Assembly (NCBI GenBank): GCA_964493325.1
Contig: CAZBMD010000001.1
Location: 133,022 to 197,021 of the forward strand
Length of the DNA: 64,000 nucleotides
From: an uncultured Pseudomonadota bacterium
Lineage (GTDB): Bacteria > Babelota > Babeliae > Babelales > RVW-14
Direction: 5' to 3'
A program made the translations under genes and the position numbers. Below the pieces are notes generated by a model. The model searched no databases. It was not told where the DNA came from and was given only the letters and a program-made list of their open reading frames with translations. Positions 47,838-57,492 of this stretch are shown piece by piece. Every line of letters starts with the position of its first letter. The stretch's first letter is position 1.

Positions 47838-49175
47838 TTGAAAAGATGTTCTATGATTCATGCTTTCGATTTGCTGGAACGAATTCTCCAGGTGCGCTTT
47901 GTATCTTCAGTGCTTGTTTTATGTATTAGTTTTTTTTCTGTTTCATCGGTTGCCTTTGGTCGTGCGCCAAATGGCATTCAACCTATTTTGGATTTTGGAA
48001 AAAAAGTAGAACATGCACGACAAGAGTTGCTCGATGTTTATTATGATCAAGTCAAGCAGGGTTTGTTTACTGATGCATCCTACGTTAACAGCCTTGTTGT
48101 TGACGTGGACCTTGAAAATGATGCTGAGCAAAATGTTGTAATCTTGCTTCGATTAATTAATTGGCTAGAACAAAAAAATGACCGCAATAGCGAATTTCTT
48201 TTGAATAAAATAGGACGCTTATATTTTTTGGAGCTCCATCAATTTCTTTCGAGTCTTGATATTCATAATCCAGAGGTAAGCTCTTTGATTGGCCATTTTC
48301 ATGATATTTGTATGCTTCAGCTCGAGACCCCAACAGGTACTATCTATCCGTTTAGAACAAGTATTGCAAAAATGTCGCTTTCAATCTTTATGATTAATCA
48401 TTCTCATTTGCCTTATCAGCAGCGTAAGGAGTCTATTTTCTATGCACTTGAGCAAGTGAAAAAAGAACTGATAGGTATAAACCATAGTCTTGGCTATCGC
48501 GGTGTACAGGATTCTTCTATTCAGTCGCTGATTTATTTGATGGGAAGATTTGCTATTCAAGAGCCTCTGATACCAAAGCGCTTTTTGGGTAAAATTGTAG
48601 GTTGGTCTGTTGTTATAGTGCTTGGTATGGGGACTATTTATTGGGCATTAAATGCTGATTGGACTCGTTATGGAGAAAAACTGCGTAAAGAAATTGTTAA
48701 GCCAATAACGAGTAAAATTATTGTTGATATTATTAACGGTGTTCTTGATGATGCGACAATTCTTTCAGAAAAAGCTGCTGATGAGCAAGCTAATGAAAAT
48801 GGCGAAAATAATCAAAATAAAAAAACAATTCGCGAGACCATAGAAAAAGATATTAAACCAAAAATGAAAGAGATGATTGGCCTTAAAGAAGAGGTTAAAA
48901 AAACTCGAGAATCTATCGAAAAAGCATGGGCTGATGTAGACGGAAAAGACTTTGTGGCTAAAGGTGTAAAAAATACTGTTGTGGGTGTAGCCAAGGGTGT
49001 TGCTTGGGAGATTCCTAAGGCAGTCATATGGAGTGGCCCTAAGGCGGTTTTTTGGGATTCATGGCATAAAGAGCAAGCTCAAAAGGATCCTTTAGTTCAG
49101 GAAAATAATCAACTTCCCGCTAACCCCCCTCTTCGACAGGTGAATGCTCCAGAGCCTTTGCAGAACAATGGCTAA
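47838..49175 (+). CDS. Hypothetical membrane protein (N-terminal signal/anchor, central TM, Lys/Glu-rich C-terminal region)
   Basis: 445-aa ORF with hydrophobic segments VLVLCISFFSVSSVAFG and IVGWSVVIVLGMGTIYWAL. I recognise no family. The start is uncertain (TTG 47838 or ATG 47853). Confidence 0.5.
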   Translation: MKRCSMIHAFDLLERILQVRFVSSVLVLCISFFSVSSVAFGRAPNGIQPILDFGKKVEHARQELLDVYYDQVKQGLFTDASYVNSLVVDVDLENDAEQNVVILLRLINWLEQKNDRNSEFLLNKIGRLYFLELHQFLSSLDIHNPEVSSLIGHFHDICMLQLETPTGTIYPFRTSIAKMSLSIFMINHSHLPYQQRKESIFYALEQVKKELIGINHSLGYRGVQDSSIQSLIYLMGRFAIQEPLIPKRFLGKIVGWSVVIVLGMGTIYWALNADWTRYGEKLRKEIVKPITSKIIVDIINGVLDDATILSEKAADEQANENGENNQNKKTIRETIEKDIKPKMKEMIGLKEEVKKTRESIEKAWADVDGKDFVAKGVKNTVVGVAKGVAWEIPKAVIWSGPKAVFWDSWHKEQAQKDPLVQENNQLPANPPLRQVNAPEPLQNNG

Positions 49176-49316
49176 TCACAGGAACGAGCCTTTTATGGTG
49201 ATGACGCGTATTTTTCTCTAGCAAAAAAGAATTTTCTCAGGCTTCTACCATGATTTTCGGAGCCTGATATACTAGGTCAAGGTTACTGGAAAATTCTTTT
49301 TTTAGGTGAGGTGCTT

Positions 49317-49976
49317 ATGAAGATTGCGCAAAATACAGGTGCTCCGATGGGTCGATTGGAAGTAATTTGTGGTTCAATGTTTTCGGGTAAAACTGAAGAG
49401 CTAATGAGACGACTTAGAAGAGCAGAGTATGCTCGCCAGCACGTAATTACTATTAAGCATCACATTGATAAACGTAAAAATCAGGTTCCAACGTGTATTG
49501 TTTCACACGAAGGACGTGAGCGATTTGCTTTTACGGTTGGTGATAATTCAGTATCCATTGATAAAATTCTTGAGCTTGCCAATCGTAATATTGATGTGGT
49601 TGGTATTGACGAGATTCAATTTTTTTCTCCAGAAATTATCGATGTTATTTGTAAATTGGTTGATACAGGCAAGCGAGTGATTGTTGCTGGGCTTGATTTA
49701 GATTTTCGTGGTGAGCCGTTTGGTATTATGCCTATCCTTCTGTCTATTGCAGACGAGGTTGCTAAGTATAAAGCTATTTGTGTTCACTGTGGCAAAGACG
49801 CTCATTTTACCCAGCGTTTGATTAACGGAGCTCCTGCTCGTTACGATGATCCTGTTATTTTGGTTGGCGCTGCGGAGCTGTATGAAGCTCGCTGCCGTAG
49901 TTGTTTTACAATAGACAAGCAAGCTCATTTTCAGTTGCCATTTTTACAAGCGTCTCGAGTTTCAACAGCAGGCTAA
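49317..49976 (+). CDS. tdk: Thymidine kinase
   Basis: GSMFSGKTEEL P-loop, GIDEIQFF, and Zn-ribbon CVHCGKDA...CRSC. AGGTGAGG RBS before ATG 49317. Confidence 0.92.
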   Translation: MKIAQNTGAPMGRLEVICGSMFSGKTEELMRRLRRAEYARQHVITIKHHIDKRKNQVPTCIVSHEGRERFAFTVGDNSVSIDKILELANRNIDVVGIDEIQFFSPEIIDVICKLVDTGKRVIVAGLDLDFRGEPFGIMPILLSIADEVAKYKAICVHCGKDAHFTQRLINGAPARYDDPVILVGAAELYEARCRSCFTIDKQAHFQLPFLQASRVSTAG

Positions 49977-49979
49977 TTT

Positions 49980-51332
49980 GTGGCAAAAAATAAAGTTTTT
50001 TTTAGCTGTACCAATTGTGCGCATCAATCAATAAAATGGCTTGGTTGTTGTCCTTCGTGCAACGAATGGAACAGCTTTGTTGAAGCTCAAGAGGTTGAGT
50101 CTTTTTTGCCGACTAAAAACCAACCTAAAGCTGCTCAATCAAAACTTTATAAAATAGAAGACATTGATGTGCACATGCAAACGCGCATGACCTCAGGCAT
50201 CAAAGAGTGGGATCGAGTGCTTGGTGGTGGTGTGCTGCCCGGATCTTTTATTATTTTAACTGGTGATCCTGGGATTGGAAAATCAACACTGCTTTTGCAG
50301 GTGGCAAACCAGCTTGCACACAACTACCGCGTTGTTTACTTTTCATCCGAAGAGTCTTTACAGCAGGTTAAAAACAGAGCCTTGCGTCTTCATGTTGATG
50401 CAGAGCATTTATCTTTTTCTGATCAATCTAATCTTGATTCAATAATTGCTACCGCACAAACAGTTAAGCCAGATCTTTTAATTCTTGATTCAATTCAAAA
50501 TTGCCACTTATCACCCGAGTCGCATGCTGTTCCAGGAACAATTGCGCAACTTCGAGAAGCAGGCTTTTTGCTCATGCGGCTTGCAAAAGAAAATAATATC
50601 GCAGTTTTAATTACTGGTCATATTACTAAAGATGGCCACATGGCAGGCCCTAAGGTTTTGGAACACATGGTTGATGCCGTCTTTTATTTGCAGGGTGAAG
50701 ATCGCTGGCAGACGCGTATTTTGCGGTCGGTAAAAAATCGATTTGGAACGATTAATGAAGTTGGTTTTTTTGAGATGCAAGAGGGCGGCCTTGAAGAAAT
50801 TTCGAATATTAATCAGCAACTTTTGAGCGAAGCTTCGCTTGCTCCAGGATCTGCACTTGTTTGTTGCATCGAAGGATCGCGCCCGCTTTTACTCGAACTT
50901 CAGGCGCTGTGCGTGCAATCAAAATTTGGTATTCCACAACGTGTTGTAACAGGTGTTGATCCAAAACGCGTCGTGCTTATTGCTGCGATTTTAGAGAAAT
51001 ACCTTCACGTTAAATTCAGTATGCATGATATCTTTTTCAAGGTGAGTGGCGGCTTTAAAATTAAAGAAAGCTCATCAGACCTTGGGATAGCGCTTGCATT
51101 GCTTTCTAGCTATTTTCAAATTCCTCTACCTGACAAGGCTGTAGCAATAGCAGAGATAAGCCTTACCGGGCAAATTAAGCCAACCAATCAGATTGGCATG
51201 TGCATCAAAGAAGCTGAAAAATTTGGGCTTTCTAACATTTTAGTTGCACAAGCACAACAGGTTAAAAGTTCTTGTAAGGTTTTATCGTTCAAAAACGTTT
51301 ACGAATTATTTAATCTTTTTCCTCAGGAATAA
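49980..51332 (+). CDS. radA: DNA repair protein RadA/Sms
   Basis: Zn finger FSCTNCAHQSIKWLGCCPSCNEWNSF, GDPGIGKSTLLLQ, KNRFG, and a Lon-like C-terminal domain. Confidence 0.93.
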   Translation: MAKNKVFFSCTNCAHQSIKWLGCCPSCNEWNSFVEAQEVESFLPTKNQPKAAQSKLYKIEDIDVHMQTRMTSGIKEWDRVLGGGVLPGSFIILTGDPGIGKSTLLLQVANQLAHNYRVVYFSSEESLQQVKNRALRLHVDAEHLSFSDQSNLDSIIATAQTVKPDLLILDSIQNCHLSPESHAVPGTIAQLREAGFLLMRLAKENNIAVLITGHITKDGHMAGPKVLEHMVDAVFYLQGEDRWQTRILRSVKNRFGTINEVGFFEMQEGGLEEISNINQQLLSEASLAPGSALVCCIEGSRPLLLELQALCVQSKFGIPQRVVTGVDPKRVVLIAAILEKYLHVKFSMHDIFFKVSGGFKIKESSSDLGIALALLSSYFQIPLPDKAVAIAEISLTGQIKPTNQIGMCIKEAEKFGLSNILVAQAQQVKSSCKVLSFKNVYELFNLFPQE

Positions 51333-51415
51333 ACAGAATATTATTTTTAGCATATGTATCCAAGAATAATTATTTTTATCTATATCATAACTATAAACAC
51401 TTTACGCATTTTTTT

Positions 51416-51967
51416 GTGGTATTAGTAGGAGTTGAAATGAGCTACAGAGTTATTCATCATTGTGGTGACAAAGACTTATTAATTGAAAAGTTAAAAGAAA
51501 TTGCAGACGAACTCAAAAACAACGAATATAAAGATGACTTTGATTTTGATGAAGGCGAGTGGGAGCGTGCTGTTGATTCAGTGGTAAACGGTGACTTCTC
51601 TGACCGAGGACTAGCATCCCTTGTTTTACACCTTGCAATAAATACGAGTTTTCCAGCAATTTCTGAAGATTGTGGAATAAGTTCCTACGAAGCTCTTGCA
51701 GATAGAACTTCAGGCAAACTTGCCAAAACATTGCGAATGTTTGTAGATGGCAGGAATTTTTCTACAGGTAATTCGGGGTTTGGGTTTGGTGATGAAATAA
51801 ATTGTGGGTATTTAACCTCGGATGAAGTTAGAGAATTCTTAGAATTACTTAAAGCGTATACTCCAGGCAGTACAGATGAGGATGAGAAAGAATTTGTTGA
51901 TATTCTGATTGATACGTTCTCAGAGCTTGTTGAGAAAAATTCTGGAGACCTATTCGTTATGAGTTGA
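51416..51967 (+). CDS. Hypothetical acidic cytoplasmic protein
   Basis: 183-aa ORF with probable ATG at 51437 (MSYRVIHH). No signal peptide and no confident family. Confidence 0.45.
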   Translation: MVLVGVEMSYRVIHHCGDKDLLIEKLKEIADELKNNEYKDDFDFDEGEWERAVDSVVNGDFSDRGLASLVLHLAINTSFPAISEDCGISSYEALADRTSGKLAKTLRMFVDGRNFSTGNSGFGFGDEINCGYLTSDEVREFLELLKAYTPGSTDEDEKEFVDILIDTFSELVEKNSGDLFVMS

Positions 51968-52118
51968 AAGCTTGCGTCACGATGGTTTTACGAGCATCAA
52001 TTTTGATCTATGACAGTCCTAATGCATCTATGAATGTTATCCCGGACTTAATCCGGGATAACATTGTGCAACCGTTTTTTGTTAGACATTTTTTATTTTA
52101 TGTTGCTTTAGTATGGGT

Positions 52119-53540
52119 CTATTTTGGGGATGTAATTTTTTCCACCAAGAACATAGCTCCAAGACTCATTGCATACCCTGGAAACATAGACGGAACTGAT
52201 GTATTAAAGTAGGTCCAGAGCCCAGCTGTGATGCCTCCTGAAAGCATGCCGACAATAGCTGTATTTCTGTGACAAGCTTTCGTGTACAGAGATACGATGA
52301 GCAGTGGTCCAAATGAGCTACCAAGGCCAGCCCAAGCATAATAAACCAAATTGTAAATGCTGTCAGAAGTAAATATCGCAATGCCGTACGCCAGCGAACA
52401 TAAAAGGACAAGGCTGATGCGGGAGTAGTGGGTAAGCATTTGTGACAGTCTTTTTTCGTTAATACCTTTTTTTGCTAAAAATATCTTACGACAAAAATCT
52501 TCGGTAATCACCGATGCCGAAACAAAAATCTGTGCACCCATGACATTGATTGCTGCAGCAATAACCGCGCAAGAAACGAATGCTGCAAAAAATGGGCTGA
52601 AAAGATTTTGTACCATCTCAACAAAAATGAGCTCAGGTTTTGCAAGACCGTGTTGAAAAAATGCTAGACCAACCACAGCGACAAGACTTGCTGCGGTTAA
52701 AATAAGAATTTGCCAAGAAATACCTATCCATTTTGCCTTAACAATTTTGTTGGGATCATCGATGGCCATGAATTTGGTAAGCAAATGAGGGAGTCCGCAA
52801 TAGCCAAGGCCCCAACCGGCAGCAGGAAATACGATATCTCTGATTGTCGAAAGAGAAAAAGATGGAAAAAGGCTTAGCGAAATGTTACGCGCATCAGCCG
52901 CCGCAACGATGCTGCCAAAGCCTCCAACTTTGACCAAAGCAAGCAGTGGAACTATCAGCAAGACTGACAGTAAAAAGAGCCCTTGAAATAAATCAATCCA
53001 CACCATGGTGGTAAAACCACCAATAAGGGTATAGCAGACAACCATGATTCCAAGAGAGATGCCGATAAAATAGTTGATACCAAGGACTGCTTCAAAAAGT
53101 CTTCCTACTCCGACTAAAATAGCAGAAATGTAGTACGTAAAAAATATCAAGCACAAGCAAGCAGCAATGATTCTGATAGCGCCAGATGTATCACCAAATC
53201 GTTTTTCAAAGAATGACGAGATGGTTAGACTTTGATATTTTTCGGTTGCTACTCGGAGTTTTTTTGCAATAAAATGCCAATTTAAAAACATAAAAATAGT
53301 AAGGCCGATTGCTGTCCAGCACTCCATCAATCCTTTGCTGTAAACCATTGCTGGGTAGCCCATAAAGAGCCAATCACTCATTTCGCTGGCATGAGCTGAA
53401 ATGCCTGTTACTAAATAGTTAGTTGATCGGCCACCTAACGTAAAATCAGATGATTTTTTATTAAGTATGTATACGGAAACTGAGATACTAACAAGAATAA
53501 AAAAATAGCATAAAAATGCTGAAAATACCGTAATATCCAA
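52119..53540 (-). CDS. Sodium:solute symporter family transporter (PutP-like)
   Basis: TLGGRSTNYLVTGISAHASEMSDWLFMGYPAMVY matches the SSF/PutP N-terminal signature. Multiple TM helices. Confidence 0.82.
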   Translation of the reverse strand: MDITVFSAFLCYFFILVSISVSVYILNKKSSDFTLGGRSTNYLVTGISAHASEMSDWLFMGYPAMVYSKGLMECWTAIGLTIFMFLNWHFIAKKLRVATEKYQSLTISSFFEKRFGDTSGAIRIIAACLCLIFFTYYISAILVGVGRLFEAVLGINYFIGISLGIMVVCYTLIGGFTTMVWIDLFQGLFLLSVLLIVPLLALVKVGGFGSIVAAADARNISLSLFPSFSLSTIRDIVFPAAGWGLGYCGLPHLLTKFMAIDDPNKIVKAKWIGISWQILILTAASLVAVVGLAFFQHGLAKPELIFVEMVQNLFSPFFAAFVSCAVIAAAINVMGAQIFVSASVITEDFCRKIFLAKKGINEKRLSQMLTHYSRISLVLLCSLAYGIAIFTSDSIYNLVYYAWAGLGSSFGPLLIVSLYTKACHRNTAIVGMLSGGITAGLWTYFNTSVPSMFPGYAMSLGAMFLVEKITSPK

Positions 53541-53698
53541 GGTTTTCCCCTTAAAGGTTCAAAGATTTTACTGTCTTTACAGACAGCTTGTCTGAATACA
53601 AAATTGAAATAAGTGTAGTACAAAAGAACCCCTAGCGGGGAGAAACTCGATAGAAAAACGGCTTATAAGAGCGAATTGCATAACTCATAAGCTTAATC

Positions 53699-55600
53699 CT
53701 ACTCAACCGTGACAGATTTTGCTAAATTGCGTGGTTTATCAATAGGTCTGCCAAGTTCTCGTGTAATCTGATAGACAAAAAATTGCATCAATCCAGTCAT
53801 TGCCAGAGGACCGAGAAGCGGAGTGACTCGTGGGATGATAAATGCGTGATCAGCAACCGAAATAAGTTCGGTTTGACCCTCAAAAGCAAAGACGACTAAG
53901 TGACCATTACGAGATTTTATTTCGTGAGCATTAGATACGATTTTGTGGTAAATCAGCTCATCAAGCACAGAAAATAGCACAGCTGGGGTTTTTTCATCAA
54001 TCAAGGCGATTGGCCCATGTTTGAGCTCTCCGGCTGGATAGCACTGAGAAAAAATGTAAGAAATTTCTTTAAGCTTAAGAGCGGCTTCCATTGCGAATGG
54101 GTAGCTGACATGTCTTCCCAAGAAGATGAAACGATCGAATTGAGAATATTTTTTTGCAAGCGTTTGAGTGATCTCAAGCTTATAGGTGTCAATTGCTGAC
54201 TCAAGGACCTCTGCGCAAACATACAGATCTTCTTCTGCGCGTTGCATTTCTGCAAGTGTAATAGTTCCACGCTCGAATGCTACTTTGTGCGCGAGCCAAT
54301 AGAGCGTTGCCAGTTGTGTTGAAAAAGCTTTGGTAGAAGCGACTGAAATCTCAGGGCCTGCTTGCATTGGTAAAAACCCAGTTGCTTCGCGAACCATGGT
54401 GCTTGATGCAATATTGGTGATTGCCATTGTTGGGATATCAAACGAATTTATAAGGCGAAGCGCCTCAAGTGTATCTGCCGTTTCTCCCGATTGAGAAACC
54501 ATAATATACAAACTATTTGTTTCGGGAAAAAAGGGCATGTACCTAAATTCGGAGGCCAGATAAACTTTTGTTGGAATTTTGCATACCGTCTCAAAAAAGA
54601 ACTGAGCGATACGTGTTGCATGCCACGACGTTCCTGCTGCAACAAGATTGAGGTATTTAAGGCCTCTAATTTGTTCTTTGGTAAGCCCAATCTGGCGCCA
54701 CATACAATCATTATAATCTCGATCAACTGTTGAGTTGTGAGAATCAAGAGGATCGGGGTTGCTGCTGCCAATGACTTTACAAAAAGAAATGGTACGCAGG
54801 ATCGCTTTTTTTTGCTCGTAAATTTCTTTGAGCATGTAGTGCTCGAAGTCCTGTTTGCCAATTTCAGTATATTTTGCCTCTATATGTTGTGTTACCTGCG
54901 GGAGAGTGGCCCCCTCAAAGCTTACAAGATCAATCCAATCTTTTTTTACAAATGCGATGCTTTCATCAGGCATAAATAATGCCGTATCTGTTTTATCTGA
55001 AAATGCTAAAAAGTCAGAGGCTACAAACATCTCATTTTGCCCGATACCGATAATCATCGGAGATCTGCGTCTTATGAGAATAAGCGTATCAGGGTAATCT
55101 TCGTGAAGAAAAATAAGAGAAAAAGCGCCTGTAATTTGTTTCACAAATTCAAGCGCAGCTTTTTTTAAATCACCATGTGTAGATACAAGTGAACTAAAGA
55201 GGTGAGCAACAACTTCAGTATCAGTGGTTGATGAAAAATCATGACCTTGAGCGATAAGACGATCTTTTAAAATTTCATATCGCTCAACAATGCCATTGTG
55301 TACAACGGCAAGACTTTTTCGACAGTTGAAGTGCGGGTGTGCATTGCGTTGATCAACTACACCGTGAGTTGCCCACCGTGTATGACCAATTCCAGTCGTG
55401 CCATCAAATTTGATAGCCTCACTCATCCGAGAGATAAGTGAAACGCCACCAGCTTCTTTGTGATAAGAAAGATGCCCATGCTTTGTATCAACACAGACAA
55501 ATCCGGCAGAATCATATCCACGATACTCAAGTCGCGAAAGACCTTCTAGCACAGACTGACGACAAGGCTTGGTGCCTACATACCCAACAATTCCACACAT
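53699..55600 (-). CDS. glmS: Glutamine--fructose-6-phosphate aminotransferase
   Basis: MCGIVGYVG N-terminal nucleophile, two SIS domains, and C-terminal ...KPRNLAKSVTVE. Confidence 0.96.
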   Translation of the reverse strand: MCGIVGYVGTKPCRQSVLEGLSRLEYRGYDSAGFVCVDTKHGHLSYHKEAGGVSLISRMSEAIKFDGTTGIGHTRWATHGVVDQRNAHPHFNCRKSLAVVHNGIVERYEILKDRLIAQGHDFSSTTDTEVVAHLFSSLVSTHGDLKKAALEFVKQITGAFSLIFLHEDYPDTLILIRRRSPMIIGIGQNEMFVASDFLAFSDKTDTALFMPDESIAFVKKDWIDLVSFEGATLPQVTQHIEAKYTEIGKQDFEHYMLKEIYEQKKAILRTISFCKVIGSSNPDPLDSHNSTVDRDYNDCMWRQIGLTKEQIRGLKYLNLVAAGTSWHATRIAQFFFETVCKIPTKVYLASEFRYMPFFPETNSLYIMVSQSGETADTLEALRLINSFDIPTMAITNIASSTMVREATGFLPMQAGPEISVASTKAFSTQLATLYWLAHKVAFERGTITLAEMQRAEEDLYVCAEVLESAIDTYKLEITQTLAKKYSQFDRFIFLGRHVSYPFAMEAALKLKEISYIFSQCYPAGELKHGPIALIDEKTPAVLFSVLDELIYHKIVSNAHEIKSRNGHLVVFAFEGQTELISVADHAFIIPRVTPLLGPLAMTGLMQFFVYQITRELGRPIDKPRNLAKSVTVE

Positions 55601-55644
55601 GTGATCTTCTTTTCAGAAAAATTAAGATTCGTAATAACGAAGTA

Positions 55645-55670
55645 ACAAAAAAGCAGGTATAAAAATACCT
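55645..55670 (-). terminator. Weak stem-loop terminator after rpsI
   Basis: On the minus strand: AGGTAT-TTTT-ATACCT, followed by GCTTTTTTG. Confidence 0.35.
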
Positions 55671-55682
55671 AGTTGTAAGCGA

Positions 55683-56087
55683 CTATCGTTTAACGAATTG
55701 GAATTTCCTACGCGCAGCTTTTTGGCCGTATTTCTTACGTTCCTTGATGCGATCATCAACTGTAAGAAGTCCATTTTGTTTCAGTAAAGGCTTTAGATTT
55801 TCATCTAAGGAAAGAAGAGCTCGAGCAATTCCGAGCTTGATAGCATCGGCTTGTCCTGCTAGTCCGCCGCCCTGAACGTTTGCCATAACATCAACAGTTT
55901 TGTCGGTACCCGTCAATTTAAGAGGGATTTCCAACAAGCTGCGGTTGACATCGGTGTCAAAATATTCTTGAGAGGTTCGGCCGTTGACTTCAATTTTTCC
56001 AGCGCCTTGGCTTAGAAAAACGCGTGCAACAGATGACTTGCGGCGTCCAACGCCGCGATAATTAAGAGATTTGCTTGGTTTTTTCAT
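55683..56087 (-). CDS. rpsI: 30S ribosomal protein S9
   Basis: GVGRRKSSVARVFL and GGGLAGQADAIKLGIARAL, with a C-terminal ...RRKFQFVKR. Confidence 0.95.
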   Translation of the reverse strand: MKKPSKSLNYRGVGRRKSSVARVFLSQGAGKIEVNGRTSQEYFDTDVNRSLLEIPLKLTGTDKTVDVMANVQGGGLAGQADAIKLGIARALLSLDENLKPLLKQNGLLTVDDRIKERKKYGQKAARRKFQFVKR

Positions 56088-56158
56088 AGCTTTTTTAACC
56101 TGAAAAGTATCGTTTATTAGAACATTTAGTGAACAAAAAGCATCAATCGGTACAAGAG

Positions 56159-56187
56159 ATCTTACAGAACCAACACGAATTTGTCAA
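56159..56187 (-). promoter_or_regulatory. Candidate sigma-70 promoter for rpsI
   Basis: On the minus strand: TTGACA (56187-56182), 17-nt spacer, TAAGAT (56164-56159), about 70 nt upstream of the rpsI ATG. Confidence 0.5.
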
Positions 56188-56240
56188 AAAGTGTCTAAAA
56201 CAAACGAAAATCTTGTTTTCGACATTTTTTTGAAGGTTTC

Positions 56241-56315
56241 TGGAGCCGATGATCGGAGTTGAACCGACGGCCTACTGATTACGAATCAGTTGCTCTACCA
56301 CTGAGCTACATCGGC
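56241..56315 (-). tRNA. tRNA-Thr (anticodon CGT)
   Basis: Manual fold: GCCGATG acceptor, D arm GCTC-AGTGGTA-GAGC, anticodon stem ACTGA/TCAGT with loop TTCGTAA, T loop TTCAACT, CCA encoded. Confidence 0.85.
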
Positions 56316-56382
56316 AAATGTGTCATTTTTTTGTACATGACTTCAGTTACTATAAACAAAAAACGAAGAATTGTTGAGAAAA

Positions 56383-56727
56383 TTATTGCTCAAAATCTTC
56401 TTGGCATACAATGCATCGTGCTGCATAGGGGAATGTTTCAAGTCGACGTTCGGAAATGTTCTCTGAACAATCAATGCAGAGGCCGTATTCACCTTTATTT
56501 AGCCGCGCAAGAGCTTCATCAATAAGACGAATTTCGTCAATTTCTGATTGTTGAAGAGAGTTTTGGAGTTTTTCCATCGACAGAGACAGCGCCTCGTCTC
56601 CACTATCTTGAACTTGCCCGTCAGAAACTTTTTCATGCGAGTGGATAGCGAGCTGATTATTCATCTCATCTTTTCTCGCGAGCAAATTGTTTTTAATTTT
56701 TTCAAGAACTTCTATTCTTTGTTTCAC
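56383..56727 (-). CDS. dksA: DksA/TraR-family C4 zinc-finger protein
   Basis: Coiled-coil N-terminal part, then CIDCSENISERRLETFPYAARCIVCQE. Confidence 0.85.
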   Translation of the reverse strand: MKQRIEVLEKIKNNLLARKDEMNNQLAIHSHEKVSDGQVQDSGDEALSLSMEKLQNSLQQSEIDEIRLIDEALARLNKGEYGLCIDCSENISERRLETFPYAARCIVCQEDFEQ

Positions 56728-57196
56728 TGCTCACCTTTCTCGTCCGTCTTATTTTTTTAAAGAATGTCTGCAAAAGCTCAATGCTTTGCTTTTCTTCAAC
56801 GCCACCTTCAATGACAAAACTTTTTTTATATAAAGGAATCTGCTGGGCTCCAAGAGAGAGCGCGCCAAATAAATGAGACTGAGCTCCGTAGATTACTCCT
56901 TCTAATCTGCTGAGCTGAATGAGACCTAGGCACATCAGACAAGGCTCAAGAGTAACATAGATAAAGCAACCAATCAATCTCCAATTACCAACAGCCTTGC
57001 AGGCACGGGCTATAGCCTGTGTTTCTGCGTGAGCGAGCTGGCTTTTTTTGGCTTCCATTTGGTTGTATGCACGTGCAATAATGAAGCCTTCTTTGTTAAC
57101 GATTACGGCCCCAATAGGCACCTCGTCTCGTCTTAGGGAAACACGTGCTTGCATCAATGCTTTTTGCATGAAAAATTTTTTAGTTTCTTGAGTCAT
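56702..57196 (-). CDS. tadA: tRNA-specific adenosine deaminase
   Basis: HAETQAIARAC and TLEPCLMCLG (the CDA zinc motifs H-A-E and PC..C). ATG 57196. The ORF extends to GTG 57235. The 3' end overlaps the dksA start. Confidence 0.88.
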   Translation of the reverse strand: MTQETKKFFMQKALMQARVSLRRDEVPIGAVIVNKEGFIIARAYNQMEAKKSQLAHAETQAIARACKAVGNWRLIGCFIYVTLEPCLMCLGLIQLSRLEGVIYGAQSHLFGALSLGAQQIPLYKKSFVIEGGVEEKQSIELLQTFFKKIRRTRKVSSETKNRSS

Positions 57197-57384
57197 GGTA
57201 GCAGTATTTTGAGCTGGTAAAATAAATGAATTCACAAACTGTCACTAGTATAAACGGTTTTTAATCAAGAGAGTCAAGTGTGGATGAAATTCAAATAGAT
57301 GATGCTGTTTGCTATAAGAAAGTTTTTATTCGGTAAAAAAAAGTAACAATGAATGTTGGGCTTGATTAGAGGGGTTGGATTTAA

Positions 57385-57413
57385 TTGACTGATTTTTATA
57401 TTTTTTTTAAAAT
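57385..57413 (+). promoter_or_regulatory. Candidate sigma-70 promoter for the USP-like gene array
   Basis: TTGACT (57385-57390), 17-nt spacer, TAAAAT (57408-57413), about 80 nt upstream of ATG 57493. Confidence 0.5.
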
Positions 57414-57492
57414 ACGGCTGCTATTTATAAAGCTTACCTCATCGCAATTATTTCACATTTAACATTAATAAAGCCTAGGGTTAGCAGGGTTC

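Noticed and set aside
55601-55682. Possible glmS ribozyme upstream of glmS
   Set aside because: The leader is only ~80 nt, and most of it is the rpsI terminator region. That leaves no room for the ~170-nt ribozyme core and no conserved core sequence.
56259-56525. Plus-strand ORF of 88 aa
   Set aside because: It starts inside tRNA-Thr(CGT) and runs antisense to dksA, so it is spurious.
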